A DNA stretch of 64,000 nucleotides from Alkalispirochaeta sp. (lineage in GTDB: Bacteria; Spirochaetota; Spirochaetia; DSM-27196; Alkalispirochaetaceae). The position numbers and the translations under genes are program-made. The stretch spans positions 96,001 to 160,000 of the forward strand of contig CBDESZ010000016.1 in the NCBI GenBank assembly GCA_965242725.1, given 5' to 3'. This document shows, one piece after another, positions 47,817-58,477 of the stretch; the stretch's first letter is position 1, and every line of letters starts with the position of its first letter. The notes under the pieces are model-generated. The model was not told where the DNA came from and made no database searches. It saw nothing but the letters and a program-made list of their open reading frames with translations.

Positions 47817-48818
47817 TTATGGCGCCAGCGGAAGGGGAACGGTGACCCCTGATGCGGCAGACCGATACGCCGCGAGAACGACTTCCAACGCCACGCAGCC
47901 ATCTTCTCCGGTTGCGCCTTTGTTCTCTTTCCCCGCTATGGCGGCACAAAAATCAAGGATCATCTCGCGGCTTGTGTTTCGCCCGTAGGGCACATACTCA
48001 ACGGGTTTTACACCTTCACCATATCTGACAATCCGCGACGCCTGCGTGTCCACCCGCAGCGAGCGGAGAGAACCGTTTATTTCAAGGACGTTGTCTCCCC
48101 ATGTCGGAAAGCTCGCGGGTCGGGACCAGCTTGCGTCAATTGTAAGGGGAACGCCGCCCTGCATTTCGACGAGGACCAGACCTGCATCTTCTACGGCGAT
48201 ATCTGAAAAAAACACAGCCTGCTCCGCGTACACCCTTTCAGGTTCAAGACCGAAAATCCACCGCGCAAAGTCCAGCTGATGAACGATATGGTCCATCATG
48301 GATCCACCGCCGGAAAGCGCGGATTCCACAAACCATCCGCCCGGGTTCTGTCCCCTGTTCATACCCACAAGTGTTATGGGATCCCCAATTTCACCTCGTC
48401 TGACCAGGGGAACAAGCTGTTCTGCAGCTTCCGAGAACCGTGTCGTAAAGGCGATTTTCAGGATACGACCTCCGGCTGCGGCAGAATCGATGATTGCCCG
48501 GGCGTCGTACAGGGTCGTGGCAATCGGCTTCTCACACAGAACGTGTACCCCCGCGTCCAGTGCGGCGACGCAGTGATCCCGGTGGCGGCTGTTCTCGGAA
48601 CAAACAATGACACCGTCGGGACGGTCACCGCCGTTTCCGCCGGCAAGAAGTTGGTCGAGGTCGGGATAAAACCGCGTTCCATGTTTCTGCGCCGCCGCCC
48701 GACCCCGTTCGGCGTCTTCGTCGAAAATACCGACACATTCGATACCGGGGGTGCTGTTGAGAACCGCCTGATAGCGTTCCGCATGGACATGGGCAAAGCT
48801 GACAATTGCCAGTTTCAT
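47817..48818 (-). CDS. Gfo/Idh/MocA oxidoreductase
   Basis: 'MKLAIVSFAHVHA', 'HVLCEKPIA', 'GGGSMMDHIVH'. Confidence 0.9.
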   Translation of the reverse strand: MKLAIVSFAHVHAERYQAVLNSTPGIECVGIFDEDAERGRAAAQKHGTRFYPDLDQLLAGGNGGDRPDGVIVCSENSRHRDHCVAALDAGVHVLCEKPIATTLYDARAIIDSAAAGGRILKIAFTTRFSEAAEQLVPLVRRGEIGDPITLVGMNRGQNPGGWFVESALSGGGSMMDHIVHQLDFARWIFGLEPERVYAEQAVFFSDIAVEDAGLVLVEMQGGVPLTIDASWSRPASFPTWGDNVLEINGSLRSLRVDTQASRIVRYGEGVKPVEYVPYGRNTSREMILDFCAAIAGKENKGATGEDGCVALEVVLAAYRSAASGVTVPLPLAP

Positions 48819-49708
48819 AGCATCACCGCCTCATTAGTCGTCACGCTCTCCCGGTATGCGGTAAGGGCACGAACGACGCGCCGCACCACACCGTTGTCCG
48901 GTTCGCCCGAACCGGTTGACAACCCGACGACGGGGCCTCCGTGGGGATCATGTTCAGTGATTCCTGCTTCGCTGCCATCCACCCGTGATTGCGGGGCGTC
49001 TTCCTGCGCGCCGATCCGTTGCGCCACCGTCTCAAGAGCCCTTCCAATCCCGGGTGGCCCGAGCGCGGTCGCCCCCTCGTCGATGTCGTGATCCGTTCCG
49101 AGGGAGGTGATTCCATGTGCGTGACGTCGCTCCCAGGCAAGCATCCCGCCCCGCCAGGCGTGTTCCCATTCGGTCGCCCCCGGTTCCGTGTCTTCCACGG
49201 CGAGATTGATATGCACCAGGGTACCGAGTTGCATACGCAGAATAATGAGGCTGTATTGCCCGTCGCCACATTCAACCGCACGAATCCGCGACACAGCACC
49301 GAGATTGCGTGCAAGGAAATAGAAGGCTTCACCCAATGCCCGCTGCCTGCGCACGCCCGCAGCATATCCCCCGGCGTAGCGCCAACTCATACGCAGCACA
49401 CCCATCCGGCTTTTTTCGGCCGACAACCATTGCGTCACAAGTGTCGAAAAAGAGTCGCCGTATCCGCAGGCAGTCAGAGCATAGATCGGCATATCCTCGG
49501 AGTCGGGAGAGAGCTGCCGGAGGATCGTCGGATCGGCACAGAGCGCCGGGTCTACCACAAGAGGGGATTTCCCGCGCCCTCGTTCAGGGAGTACTCCCGT
49601 CTCCCGTCGACGCCATCCGCCGGTGCCGGGCAGTTCATAGCTGCCAAGCGCCGCGTCCATTTCGCCGGCAATATCTTCTGCCGTCCAGACTGATACGTCA
49701 GACACCAT
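48815..49708 (-). CDS. Degenerate Gfo/Idh/MocA-like protein
   Basis: Tightly coupled between two Gfo genes; C-terminus 'ALTAYRESVTTNEAVML' parallels neighbour 'VLAAYRSAASGVTVPL'. Confidence 0.55.
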   Translation of the reverse strand: MVSDVSVWTAEDIAGEMDAALGSYELPGTGGWRRRETGVLPERGRGKSPLVVDPALCADPTILRQLSPDSEDMPIYALTACGYGDSFSTLVTQWLSAEKSRMGVLRMSWRYAGGYAAGVRRQRALGEAFYFLARNLGAVSRIRAVECGDGQYSLIILRMQLGTLVHINLAVEDTEPGATEWEHAWRGGMLAWERRHAHGITSLGTDHDIDEGATALGPPGIGRALETVAQRIGAQEDAPQSRVDGSEAGITEHDPHGGPVVGLSTGSGEPDNGVVRRVVRALTAYRESVTTNEAVML

Positions 49709-50710
49709 TCACGTGCCCGCTGTCGTTTCCAGAGAAGAGATCAGCTTCAGGGCGGTCTCTACCGCCAGCCGTGCATCCTGCAGGCTGATTTTGAAATCAT
49801 CCCCATCCCGCAGGCGGTCGCTGAAGTGCTGCAGCTCTTCCGCATAAGGGTTCGTGCCGAGTATAGGAGGAAGCTCGGAAAACTCCTTCCGCTCCCGTCC
49901 GCTTTCGGTGAACACCTCAACATAGGCGTGGCTGTTTTCGCGAAATTCGCACTCCATCGTCCCCTCTTCAAAAAGCATGCGAAAACCGCTGGTAAAGGGA
50001 TACGTCTGAGGCATAAGGTGGCTCGCTTCAATGCTCGACCGCCCGCCTGAGGGGTAGGTCAGAGCCGAAACAACATGGCTCGGGCCTCCGGGCTCCGTCA
50101 CGACTTCCCGTGCCATGAAATCGGCGGGGGCCCCGAAACACCAGTTTGAAATATCCAGGTCGTGAATGGAGAGGTCCATAATGGTGCCGCCGCTTTTACT
50201 CCGGTCCAGAAGCCAGCTGTTCCAGCTCCACGTCGGTGTAAAGGACTCCCTCCATGCCGAGAAGAAGAGCGGTTTTCCCATCGTTCCGGAATCGATAGTG
50301 CTTCGCAGGTACATATATTCGGGCTTGAAACGGCAGACATGGGCGACCATCATTCTCTGCCCGCTTTTCCGGGATGCATCGATCATTGCGTCGATGTCCT
50401 CGAGAGAAATTGCAAACGGTTTTTCCACGAGGGCGGCCAGTCCCGCGTCAAATGCCGCTTCCGCCGCTTTGCGGTGCAACGTGCTGGGCAGACAGATGTC
50501 GAGAACGTCAAGGTTTGCGCGTTCGATCATCTCCTCCATCGTTTTGTAGCCCGGGGCATCCGCCTCCTTCGCAAGGGCATTCCGCTTGGTCTCGTCCATC
50601 TCCGCGATGCCGACCACTCGGGCGCCTTTGACAAGGTGCCACGCCGGAACGTGTCGCTCGCCGATAAAGCCTGCGCCAACTACGCCAATTCGCAATTCAT
50701 CGTTCTTCAC
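49709..50710 (-). CDS. Gfo/Idh/MocA oxidoreductase
   Basis: 'IGVVGAGFIG', 'LVEKPFA', 'GGTIMDLSIHDLD'. Confidence 0.92.
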   Translation of the reverse strand: MKNDELRIGVVGAGFIGERHVPAWHLVKGARVVGIAEMDETKRNALAKEADAPGYKTMEEMIERANLDVLDICLPSTLHRKAAEAAFDAGLAALVEKPFAISLEDIDAMIDASRKSGQRMMVAHVCRFKPEYMYLRSTIDSGTMGKPLFFSAWRESFTPTWSWNSWLLDRSKSGGTIMDLSIHDLDISNWCFGAPADFMAREVVTEPGGPSHVVSALTYPSGGRSSIEASHLMPQTYPFTSGFRMLFEEGTMECEFRENSHAYVEVFTESGRERKEFSELPPILGTNPYAEELQHFSDRLRDGDDFKISLQDARLAVETALKLISSLETTAGT

Positions 50711-50723
50711 GGTACGCTCCTTA

Positions 50724-51713
50724 TCACTGTCGAATCGATCGCTCTCTATTGTAGAGGGCGAGCAGCAGTAGCAGGATACTGCCGTTGATAATCATCTTCA
50801 CCGGTGAACTTGCCCTGACCATAATGAGAAGACTTGCCAGAAGGGTAAGCACTATGGCGCCTACAACGGAGCCGGAATAACGTCCCCGGCCCCCGGAAAA
50901 CGGCGAGCCCCCGATCAGGACGGCGGCCACCGCCGGGAGGACGTAGTCGTTTGCAATGTTGATGTTTACAAATGTGTTGTACGCCGCAAACCAGAACCCT
51001 GCCATTCCCGCCAGCATACCGCTCAGGACATATACGAGACCGCGAATTCTGTTTGCCCTGATCCCGGCAAAGTTGGCGGCGTTCTCGTTACTCCCGGTCG
51101 CGAGAAACTGCCTCCCGAATACGGTGCGAAACATCAGGACATTCATGATAAGTATCATGAGGGCTCCCAGGATAACCATGTACGGCAGCCACGGGAAAAT
51201 ACGGGTTGTACCGATATAGCTGATTGCAGGCGCCGGTTTTCCGTCCGGCGTTCCTCCGGAGACGAGCATTTGTATCGTAATGACCACATTTGCCATTGAA
51301 AGCGTCATGACCAGCGGCGGAACCTTTGCCTTGATAATACCCAGGGCGTTGCAGAATCCTATTGCCGCGCCCGACGCCAGAATGATCAGTATTGCCGGCA
51401 GGATCATCGCGTTGTTCTGACGCATCACCTGAACCGCAATGATCGCTCCAAGGGACATGACCGATCCCATACTGATATCGATGCCCCCTCCCACAATCAC
51501 GACAAGGGTCTGCCCGGCTGCGGCGAGGGCGAGAATGACGCTCAAACCGAGTATGTTTCCGATATTCGCCGGGGACATGAAATTACTGTTCAGGAAGCGG
51601 CCGACGACGAGAAGCAGCAACGCAACAAGGATCATTGTGAATGTCTGATTCTCCCGCAGCCGCCTGTAGAACGCTGCCGTGCTCAGTTCACGGGCCGGGT
51701 CCGGCATTTTCAT
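50724..51713 (-). CDS. Sugar ABC transporter permease (RbsC-like)
   Basis: 'GQTLVVIVGGGIDISMG', 'FGRQFLATGSNENAA', 'AVLIGG'. Confidence 0.92.
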   Translation of the reverse strand: MKMPDPARELSTAAFYRRLRENQTFTMILVALLLLVVGRFLNSNFMSPANIGNILGLSVILALAAAGQTLVVIVGGGIDISMGSVMSLGAIIAVQVMRQNNAMILPAILIILASGAAIGFCNALGIIKAKVPPLVMTLSMANVVITIQMLVSGGTPDGKPAPAISYIGTTRIFPWLPYMVILGALMILIMNVLMFRTVFGRQFLATGSNENAANFAGIRANRIRGLVYVLSGMLAGMAGFWFAAYNTFVNINIANDYVLPAVAAVLIGGSPFSGGRGRYSGSVVGAIVLTLLASLLIMVRASSPVKMIINGSILLLLLALYNRERSIRQ

Positions 51714-52735
51714 ACCTCACCGTCCTCACCGGGTCCCGGTTCAACGATAACGACTTCTTTGCGACTTCGCTTGAAAAAGACGGCGCTGACCAGGCCGAAA
51801 ATAATGATAAGGTTCGCAAGTAAATCCTGGTAAAAGGTCGAAGGATTGAATCCGGGAATCATCACCTGCATGCGGTTGAACGCGAAAAAGACGATATTGG
51901 AGACGATAACGAAGAAAAGCGCTCCCGATACGGTTCCTCCAACGGATCCCCAGCCGGAGTCAAACATGGTACCTCCCAGGATGACCGTGGCAAGGGACTT
52001 GAGCGTGTAGGGCCCCCCGATCAGGGGATCACCCGCACCCATGTATGCGGTAAGGCTCAATCCCGCGCACCCGCTGAAGAACCCTCCGAGGGTGAAGGCG
52101 GCCAGTTTGGTCAGTTCCACATTGATACCGGAGACGTAGGCGTTACGCTGATTTCCCCCGACCGCCCGGATATGCTTGCCCAGGGGCATGCGAAAAATGA
52201 AGAGCCAGAGGAGCACCGCCGCGGCGATGACAAATACGGGAGTCGGAATACCCAAGGTAAAACCGCCGAAACGGGTGTAGATTTCCCGGGGTACCGAGCC
52301 GCCCGGCGACGGGAGGACTACCAGGGCAAGTCCGAGGACAATGGACATGCTTGCAAAAGTTGACAGAAAAGGTGGAAGCCGCACATAGGCGACAACAAGA
52401 CCGTTGAGAAAACCGATCGCCGTCCCGGCGAGGAGTGCCAGTGCCCACGCCTGGAATATCGGCAGGCCAAGCTGATTGCTCGCCGTAATGGCCACGGCGT
52501 TGACGAAGGCAATATTGGCTCCCAGGGAGAGATCGACGCCGCCGACGAGGATTACCGTCATTTGCGCCATTGAGACGAGGATTAACGGTGTCGCCGTATT
52601 GATGATGGAGCTGAAGTTCCACGGCCGGAAAAAATCCCCCCCCTGGATGAGAATATTGATCCCGATCGCGATAAGAACCAGCACGTATCCCGGTGCCGAG
52701 GGGGAGCTGCCAAGAAATTTTTTCAAACGCTTCAT
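51710..52735 (-). CDS. Sugar ABC transporter permease (RbsC-like)
   Basis: 'GGVDLSLG', 'GKHIRAVGGN...SGI', 'VILGG'. Confidence 0.92.
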   Translation of the reverse strand: MKRLKKFLGSSPSAPGYVLVLIAIGINILIQGGDFFRPWNFSSIINTATPLILVSMAQMTVILVGGVDLSLGANIAFVNAVAITASNQLGLPIFQAWALALLAGTAIGFLNGLVVAYVRLPPFLSTFASMSIVLGLALVVLPSPGGSVPREIYTRFGGFTLGIPTPVFVIAAAVLLWLFIFRMPLGKHIRAVGGNQRNAYVSGINVELTKLAAFTLGGFFSGCAGLSLTAYMGAGDPLIGGPYTLKSLATVILGGTMFDSGWGSVGGTVSGALFFVIVSNIVFFAFNRMQVMIPGFNPSTFYQDLLANLIIIFGLVSAVFFKRSRKEVVIVEPGPGEDGEV

Positions 52736-54231
52736 TTTTTAACCCCCAGCATCGCAGAGACGAGGCGCTCTTCCTTGAGACCCTCGCCGCGTAACACATC
52801 GACAATTCTGCCTTCATAGAAAACAAGGATCGTGTCCGCCAGATCCAGCAGCTCCTCGTTTTCACTTGAGGATATGATTATCGCTGTTCCGTCCTGGGCC
52901 ATACGGCGCAGCAGGGTGTGAATCTCGAGGCGGGAGGTGACGTCGACCCCTTTTGTCGGATCATCGAGCAGGAGAACCCGCGGTTTCACCTTGAGCCAGC
53001 GTCCAACAACCAGCTTCTGCTGATTCCCTCCGCTGAGACTGTTCGCCTGATCCGACGCACTTCCGATTTTTATTGAGAGTTTCTTGACCATCTCCTCCGC
53101 GCCGTCGGCAATGACGCCGGGACTGACAGGCGCGGCGATTGTCTGCTTTGCAAATTCCGCCATATAGATATTGTCTATGATGGGTCTGACGGGAAAGATC
53201 CCTTCCCGTTCCCGATCACCCGGAATAAAACCGAACCCATGACGGACGGCGTCCGCCGCAGACTTGAATCGTACCGATTCGCCGTCAATGAGTATCTCCC
53301 CGGAATCCGGTCTGAGATAGCCATAGACGGCGCGAAGGAGCTCTTCCTGGCCCTGCCCCTGCAGACCGCCAATCCCGATTATCTGCCCCTTCCTTGCTGA
53401 AAAGCTCACTCCCTGCACTTTGGGGTCAAGACGCAGATCGCGAACTTCCAACAGCACTTCCTCGGTCACCCGCGTTTCCTGATCCTCGTCGGAACGCTGA
53501 AGTTGACTCACCTTCATTCCGGTCATGTGGTATACCAGGTCGTGTTCTTCGACTTCCCCGGTGTGCACCTCCGCGACGCTTTTACCGCCGCGTAGAATGG
53601 TCGCCGTGTCGCACAGCTCAAACACCTCGTCCAGCCGATGTGAGACAAAGACGATTGCCATCCCTTCGTCCCGGAGCTTCTTGAGTACCGTAAAAACGCT
53701 CTTTACCTGTTCTCTCCGCAGGGAGGCCGTTACCTCGTCCAGCAGCAATACCTTCGGTTGCCGGGAGAGCGCCTTCGCTATTTCGACGATGCTTAAGGTG
53801 GAAGAGTCCAGGTCCATGGCGAGGGCGTCCATGTTTACTCTGGTGTTGAGTTGTCGAAGATACTCTTCAGCGAGAGCCGTTACCCGTCGTTCATCGACGA
53901 CGCCCCGCCGGGTCGGCTCGTTTCCGAGCATGATGTTTTCCGCAACGGGGAGGCGCGGAATGAGGCTGAGATCCTGATAGGCCGCCGCTATTCCCAGTAC
54001 GCGTGAATCCCGGGGAGAACGGATCTGCACCTTTCTCCCGTCCATGGTGACGGTGCCAGTGTCCCTGCGTACCAGCCCGCTCAGAATCTTCACCATGGTG
54101 CTCTTCCCGGAGCCGTTGGCCCCGAGAAGGGCCCGGATCTCTCCGGGCCGCACCGTGAGTGATGCCTCATTGAGGGCGTGGACCGCGCCAAACGCCTTTG
54201 ATACATTCGTCAGTTCAAGCAAGTCCGGCAT
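52732..54231 (-). CDS. Sugar ABC transporter ATP-binding protein (RbsA-like, two domains)
   Basis: 'GANGSGKST', 'LSGGNQQK', 'LDDPTKGVDV'. Confidence 0.95.
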   Translation of the reverse strand: MPDLLELTNVSKAFGAVHALNEASLTVRPGEIRALLGANGSGKSTMVKILSGLVRRDTGTVTMDGRKVQIRSPRDSRVLGIAAAYQDLSLIPRLPVAENIMLGNEPTRRGVVDERRVTALAEEYLRQLNTRVNMDALAMDLDSSTLSIVEIAKALSRQPKVLLLDEVTASLRREQVKSVFTVLKKLRDEGMAIVFVSHRLDEVFELCDTATILRGGKSVAEVHTGEVEEHDLVYHMTGMKVSQLQRSDEDQETRVTEEVLLEVRDLRLDPKVQGVSFSARKGQIIGIGGLQGQGQEELLRAVYGYLRPDSGEILIDGESVRFKSAADAVRHGFGFIPGDREREGIFPVRPIIDNIYMAEFAKQTIAAPVSPGVIADGAEEMVKKLSIKIGSASDQANSLSGGNQQKLVVGRWLKVKPRVLLLDDPTKGVDVTSRLEIHTLLRRMAQDGTAIIISSSENEELLDLADTILVFYEGRIVDVLRGEGLKEERLVSAMLGVKK

Positions 54232-54253
54232 CCTCTACCATGTGACTGCTGCA

Positions 54254-55291
54254 CTAATCGACAAAGAACTCGTCGACCTGCTCCTCGGTCATCACCGAGT
54301 CAATGTAGTCATTGTCAGCGAGATGGGCGGTCTTCTCTACCCACTCGTCCCGTGTGTCCCGGGTGATGATGAGATTCTGGGCGAGGCGGATGACATTTCC
54401 GTCTTCCAGTTTGGCGGGATCGAGTTCCTGTCCGCCGAGAAGCCGAACGCCGATCATTAATCCATGTACGCCCACCGCCGGCGGATTCTCAACCATGATT
54501 GAGTTGTAGTCATGCTCGGCCCAGGTTCGAAGTCCGTCGATAGACTCGTCACCACTGATCGCCTGGGGAAAATCCCGGCCGGCTTCCACAAATGCGGCCA
54601 CGATACCTGGAGTCGCCTCCTGGGTGAGCACCGCGTCTATCTGCGGATGTGCCGCGAGAAGTCCCGCCATGAGCTGCTTTGCCTTGGAGGTGTTCCATCC
54701 GTGATACTCGGTGGCGAGGACTTCCACTTCAGGATACCGTGCGAGATAGGCTTCGTAGATACTCTCCCGCTCGTCGTTTGCCGGTACACCCGCAATGGCA
54801 TTGAAATGAATGATCTTCCCTGAGTAGTCGATCTGCTCGAGCAACCATTCAACGTGGAGTTTCGCGTAGTTGTACTGGTCGTTGGTAACGGTAATGACGT
54901 CGGGATGGTCGATTGTGGAATCGACGGCAATAACGAGAATGCCCCGCTGCACCGCGCGATCGATGATCGGGTTCAATGACGTTGAAGAGACGGGATTGAC
55001 GAGAATCAGGTCTACCCCCTGGTTAACCAGTTGCTCCATTTGCTGCGACTGCACCGACGCCTCATTGTTGGCCGAGAATGCCGAGTACTCCGAGACAAGT
55101 CCCTGCTCCTTGTATTCGTCGATCTTCGCCTGAATGTTGTTTTCAAACTGGATTCTCCAGGCGTTGTTGTTATTTGCATTGAGCAACGCAACGCGATAGC
55201 CACCGCCCTCCTCTGCGGTCTCGACGGAACCCGCTGCAAACACCATAACCGCCATTGCAAAGAACAGGATTACTGCAGTTATTCTTTTCAT
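54254..55291 (-). CDS. Sugar ABC substrate-binding protein
   Basis: Signal peptide; 'NNNNAWR', 'GVDLILVNP', 'GVPANDER'. Confidence 0.9.
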   Translation of the reverse strand: MKRITAVILFFAMAVMVFAAGSVETAEEGGGYRVALLNANNNNAWRIQFENNIQAKIDEYKEQGLVSEYSAFSANNEASVQSQQMEQLVNQGVDLILVNPVSSTSLNPIIDRAVQRGILVIAVDSTIDHPDVITVTNDQYNYAKLHVEWLLEQIDYSGKIIHFNAIAGVPANDERESIYEAYLARYPEVEVLATEYHGWNTSKAKQLMAGLLAAHPQIDAVLTQEATPGIVAAFVEAGRDFPQAISGDESIDGLRTWAEHDYNSIMVENPPAVGVHGLMIGVRLLGGQELDPAKLEDGNVIRLAQNLIITRDTRDEWVEKTAHLADNDYIDSVMTEEQVDEFFVD

Positions 55292-55387
55292 CCTACACTC
55301 CTTTGAAAGAATCTTTCCGAATACCGCCAACGGCGGCGTGTCGGTTCATGAATTACCGGAGCGCGCGGCAACACACGCTCCCGTCCC

Positions 55388-56323
55388 CTACATCAGCGGC
55401 GCATTGATGAGCGCCCGCATATACTCGTACGCCATCTGCGTCTGGTCGTGGACGTACTCAATTCCCTGCAGGACGTGGTCCTTCAGCGCGGGATGACAGA
55501 ACTCGAAGGACATGTAACCGTCGTATCCGCTCTTCTTGAGCTCATCCACAAAGGCCGGGTAGTTTACCTGACGCACCCCGAGGAACGGGTATTTGATCAG
55601 CTCCGGTTGCCCGTCACCGTCCCGCAACCACTCCCCGTTGTAATGGGAGAGCACCTGCAGATCGCCGGTATTGCGTACCGCCTGCCGCAGATGCGTCTCT
55701 CCCTGCGATGCTTCACACGGCGCGTCAAGGCAGCATTTGACCCACGGAGAATTGACTTCATTCACCATTTCCAGCATGTATTCATGGCCGTGAATGACCG
55801 GTTCGTGGTTCTGCAGGGCGAGATAGACGCCGTACTCCTCCGCCCATCGGGCGCACTCCTTGATGCAGTCGCGAACCCACCGCCATCGTTCGATTCGTGT
55901 GCTGTCCAGATTGCGTGCCCCGATGCCCTGTCGGGCGATATCGTACGTTGCCACGCCGTCCCGGAAGGTGATTCCGCTCCAGGCGGCAAAGATCCGCAGG
56001 TATTTTGCCCCCAAATCCCGGGTCAGTTTGAGCTGCTCGTGCACCATGACCAGTTCGTTTTCCCGCAGTTCCGGGATCGGACTGGAAAAATTGTTGTTCG
56101 CCGCCATCGCCGGTAACTCGATGTTTCTGCTCGCGGCGTATTCCACAAAGCGCTTGCGCCGGTCGTCGCTCCAGTCGAGGGGAAAGCCGTGCGGCCGCTT
56201 GAGGTCCAGCTCCACACCGTCAAATCCAATCTCGGCGGCACGGTCAACGAGCTGCTCCGGCGTGAGTGCATCTCCCCGGTACCACGTTCCGGAATAGGTA
56301 ATTGAATAGAGACCAAGCTTCAT
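55388..56323 (-). CDS. Sugar phosphate isomerase/epimerase (AP endonuclease 2 TIM barrel)
   Basis: 'AEIGFDGVEL', 'LALQNH', 'GYDGYMSFEFCH'. Confidence 0.85.
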   Translation of the reverse strand: MKLGLYSITYSGTWYRGDALTPEQLVDRAAEIGFDGVELDLKRPHGFPLDWSDDRRKRFVEYAASRNIELPAMAANNNFSSPIPELRENELVMVHEQLKLTRDLGAKYLRIFAAWSGITFRDGVATYDIARQGIGARNLDSTRIERWRWVRDCIKECARWAEEYGVYLALQNHEPVIHGHEYMLEMVNEVNSPWVKCCLDAPCEASQGETHLRQAVRNTGDLQVLSHYNGEWLRDGDGQPELIKYPFLGVRQVNYPAFVDELKKSGYDGYMSFEFCHPALKDHVLQGIEYVHDQTQMAYEYMRALINAPLM

Positions 56324-56334
56324 CGTTCCTCCCA

Positions 56335-58467
56335 TTACTTCAGTGCCTGTCTCAGTTCCAGAGACAGCGTATTCACGACGCGTCCGTTCGGGTTGACAAT
56401 CGCACCCCTGTCGGTGTCGTACCCGTCCACCATCAGTCCCGCTTCCGCTCCTTCCCGTACGGCGGCGTGCAGATTTCTCGGTGAAACCGCGTCTCCAACG
56501 CGTATGGTCGGAATACCCGCACGGCGGAGCTCTTCGTGAAGGCTCCCATCCGGCTGCATACGACAGCACACGACGGTGTCGGCTTCGATTTCCCGCGTTT
56601 TGAGATCCCCCGTAAGAACGACGACACGGTCCTGACGGATTTCCACAATCTCGGCGGCTTCCACAATTTCGACGGGATGTCTGAAAGGTTTTGTTTCCAG
56701 TGCAGGGGCAGTTTGCACTTTGAACTGCTGATTCATGACCCAGCGGTGAATCACCTCTATCCCGGCGCCAAACTCCACCTCGGATGTAACGATGGTGACC
56801 CGACGCCCAATCCGCGCGAGGTGAGCTGCCGTGTCCGCCGCAGGGTAGTGATCACCCCAGACAAGGACGCGTTCACCCGTCTTTACCGGCTTCCGGCCGT
56901 TTTGTGGATGAAACTCGCAGCTTACCTTCGGGCAGGTCATCACCGCCTCAAGGGGGAGTACATGAGCCCCCTCGGCTCCCGGCACCCGGGGTCGAACGGA
57001 ACGGGCACCGGTGGCGTCAATGACATAGTCAAACCGCCTGAGTTCCTCCACCGACGGCGGGTGGTTCAATTCCACATGAACCGGCGATTGTCTGATACGG
57101 TCTCGAATCCAGTCGGTGTACCAACGGATCTTTTCCTTGCCGTCTACGAGGCAGCACCCCAAAATGGCCCCGCCCAACTCGCCGCTTCTTTCAAAGAGCG
57201 TCACCGAATGTCCGCGGAGCGAAGCGATGCGTGCCGCCTCCATACCCGCGGGGCCGCCGCCCACCACGCCAACCTTGAGGGGGAACTGGGCGGGTTCGAT
57301 TTCGGTGAAGCGCATGTCGCCGCACGCCGGATTGATGGTGCACGCGATTTCACGCTTGGCCATGATAGAGTCCTGCCAGCACCCTTCAAGACAGGAAATA
57401 CAGCGTCGTATTTCCGACTCCCTGCCTAAAAACGCCTTGGTCGGCCACCAGGGGTCGGCGAGCAGCTGTCGGGAGAGACCCACCATATCGGCCTTCCCCT
57501 CAGCAAGGGCGCGGTCGCAAAATGCCGGATTGCGCAGGGTATGACTCGCCAAAACCGGAATCCGCACCCGCTTCCTGATCGCTTCGGAGATGTGGAGATT
57601 CCATCCCTCTTGTATCTGGATCGGATCGAGGCCGACCGACGGTGCGCCGCTGGTACTGACGTTGATACAGGCCACACCGGCACGCTCCAGCTCCTGCGCC
57701 ACCGCAATGGCCTCCTCAAGATCGCGCCCGCCCGGGGTAAATTCGACGGCGTTAAACCGCACCGAAATTGAGAAGTCCCGGCCGCACTTCTTCTGTATCG
57801 AGGCGACAATTGCGAGAGGAAAACGCATCCGGTTTTCAAAACTGACGCCGAACCGATCGTCCCGCCGATTGAGATAGGGACTCATGAAATCAGAGATCAA
57901 ATAGCCGTGGGCCGCGTGGAGTTCGACACCGTCAAAGCCCGCCTGTCTGACCCGCCACGCCGCCTCGGAAAAGAGGTCCACCATTTCAAGGACTTCATTG
58001 GTGGACATCCCCCGCGCAGTCGTTCCTTTCGACTCGTCATCCGCGTAGACAACTTCGTGACCGGAGCCCCAGAATATCCTGGATACCCGGTCATTGGTGG
58101 TAAACATGTCGCGTCGCGGTATTGAAGACTTTGGACCCGGATGCTGGAGCTGAACCATGCAGCGCGCTCCGTATCGGTGCATCACCTCCGCCAGTCGCGC
58201 CAGCCCGGGAATGTAGTTATCCCCGTCGGCGACGAGGCAGCCCACCGTGGGACGTCCGGTCGCTGCATCCGGCGTGGTGGCGCCGACGATAATGAGGCCC
58301 GTACCGCCCTTGGCAATTTCCTGATGGTGATGAATGTCCCGCTCGCTCACCGATCCGTCCGCGTTTGACGAGCTGGTATCCGTCGGCTGGTGGACAATGC
58401 GATTTGGTATAATCAGTGACCCCACTTCGATCGGCCTGAACAGGTGGGGATATCGCAGATCGTTCAT
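56335..58467 (-). CDS. OYE/FadH-like FMN-[4Fe-4S]-FAD oxidoreductase (paralog 2)
   Basis: 'GFDGVELHAAHGYL', 'CISCLEGC-x12-C', 'VVGGGPAGMEAA'. Confidence 0.92.
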   Translation of the reverse strand: MNDLRYPHLFRPIEVGSLIIPNRIVHQPTDTSSSNADGSVSERDIHHHQEIAKGGTGLIIVGATTPDAATGRPTVGCLVADGDNYIPGLARLAEVMHRYGARCMVQLQHPGPKSSIPRRDMFTTNDRVSRIFWGSGHEVVYADDESKGTTARGMSTNEVLEMVDLFSEAAWRVRQAGFDGVELHAAHGYLISDFMSPYLNRRDDRFGVSFENRMRFPLAIVASIQKKCGRDFSISVRFNAVEFTPGGRDLEEAIAVAQELERAGVACINVSTSGAPSVGLDPIQIQEGWNLHISEAIRKRVRIPVLASHTLRNPAFCDRALAEGKADMVGLSRQLLADPWWPTKAFLGRESEIRRCISCLEGCWQDSIMAKREIACTINPACGDMRFTEIEPAQFPLKVGVVGGGPAGMEAARIASLRGHSVTLFERSGELGGAILGCCLVDGKEKIRWYTDWIRDRIRQSPVHVELNHPPSVEELRRFDYVIDATGARSVRPRVPGAEGAHVLPLEAVMTCPKVSCEFHPQNGRKPVKTGERVLVWGDHYPAADTAAHLARIGRRVTIVTSEVEFGAGIEVIHRWVMNQQFKVQTAPALETKPFRHPVEIVEAAEIVEIRQDRVVVLTGDLKTREIEADTVVCCRMQPDGSLHEELRRAGIPTIRVGDAVSPRNLHAAVREGAEAGLMVDGYDTDRGAIVNPNGRVVNTLSLELRQALK

Positions 58468-58477
58468 CTGTTGTCGC

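Noticed and set aside
55388..56323. Direct assignment as DgpBC-type C-glycoside lyase
   Set aside because: No small beta-sandwich partner gene is visible, and family-level motifs cannot fix the substrate
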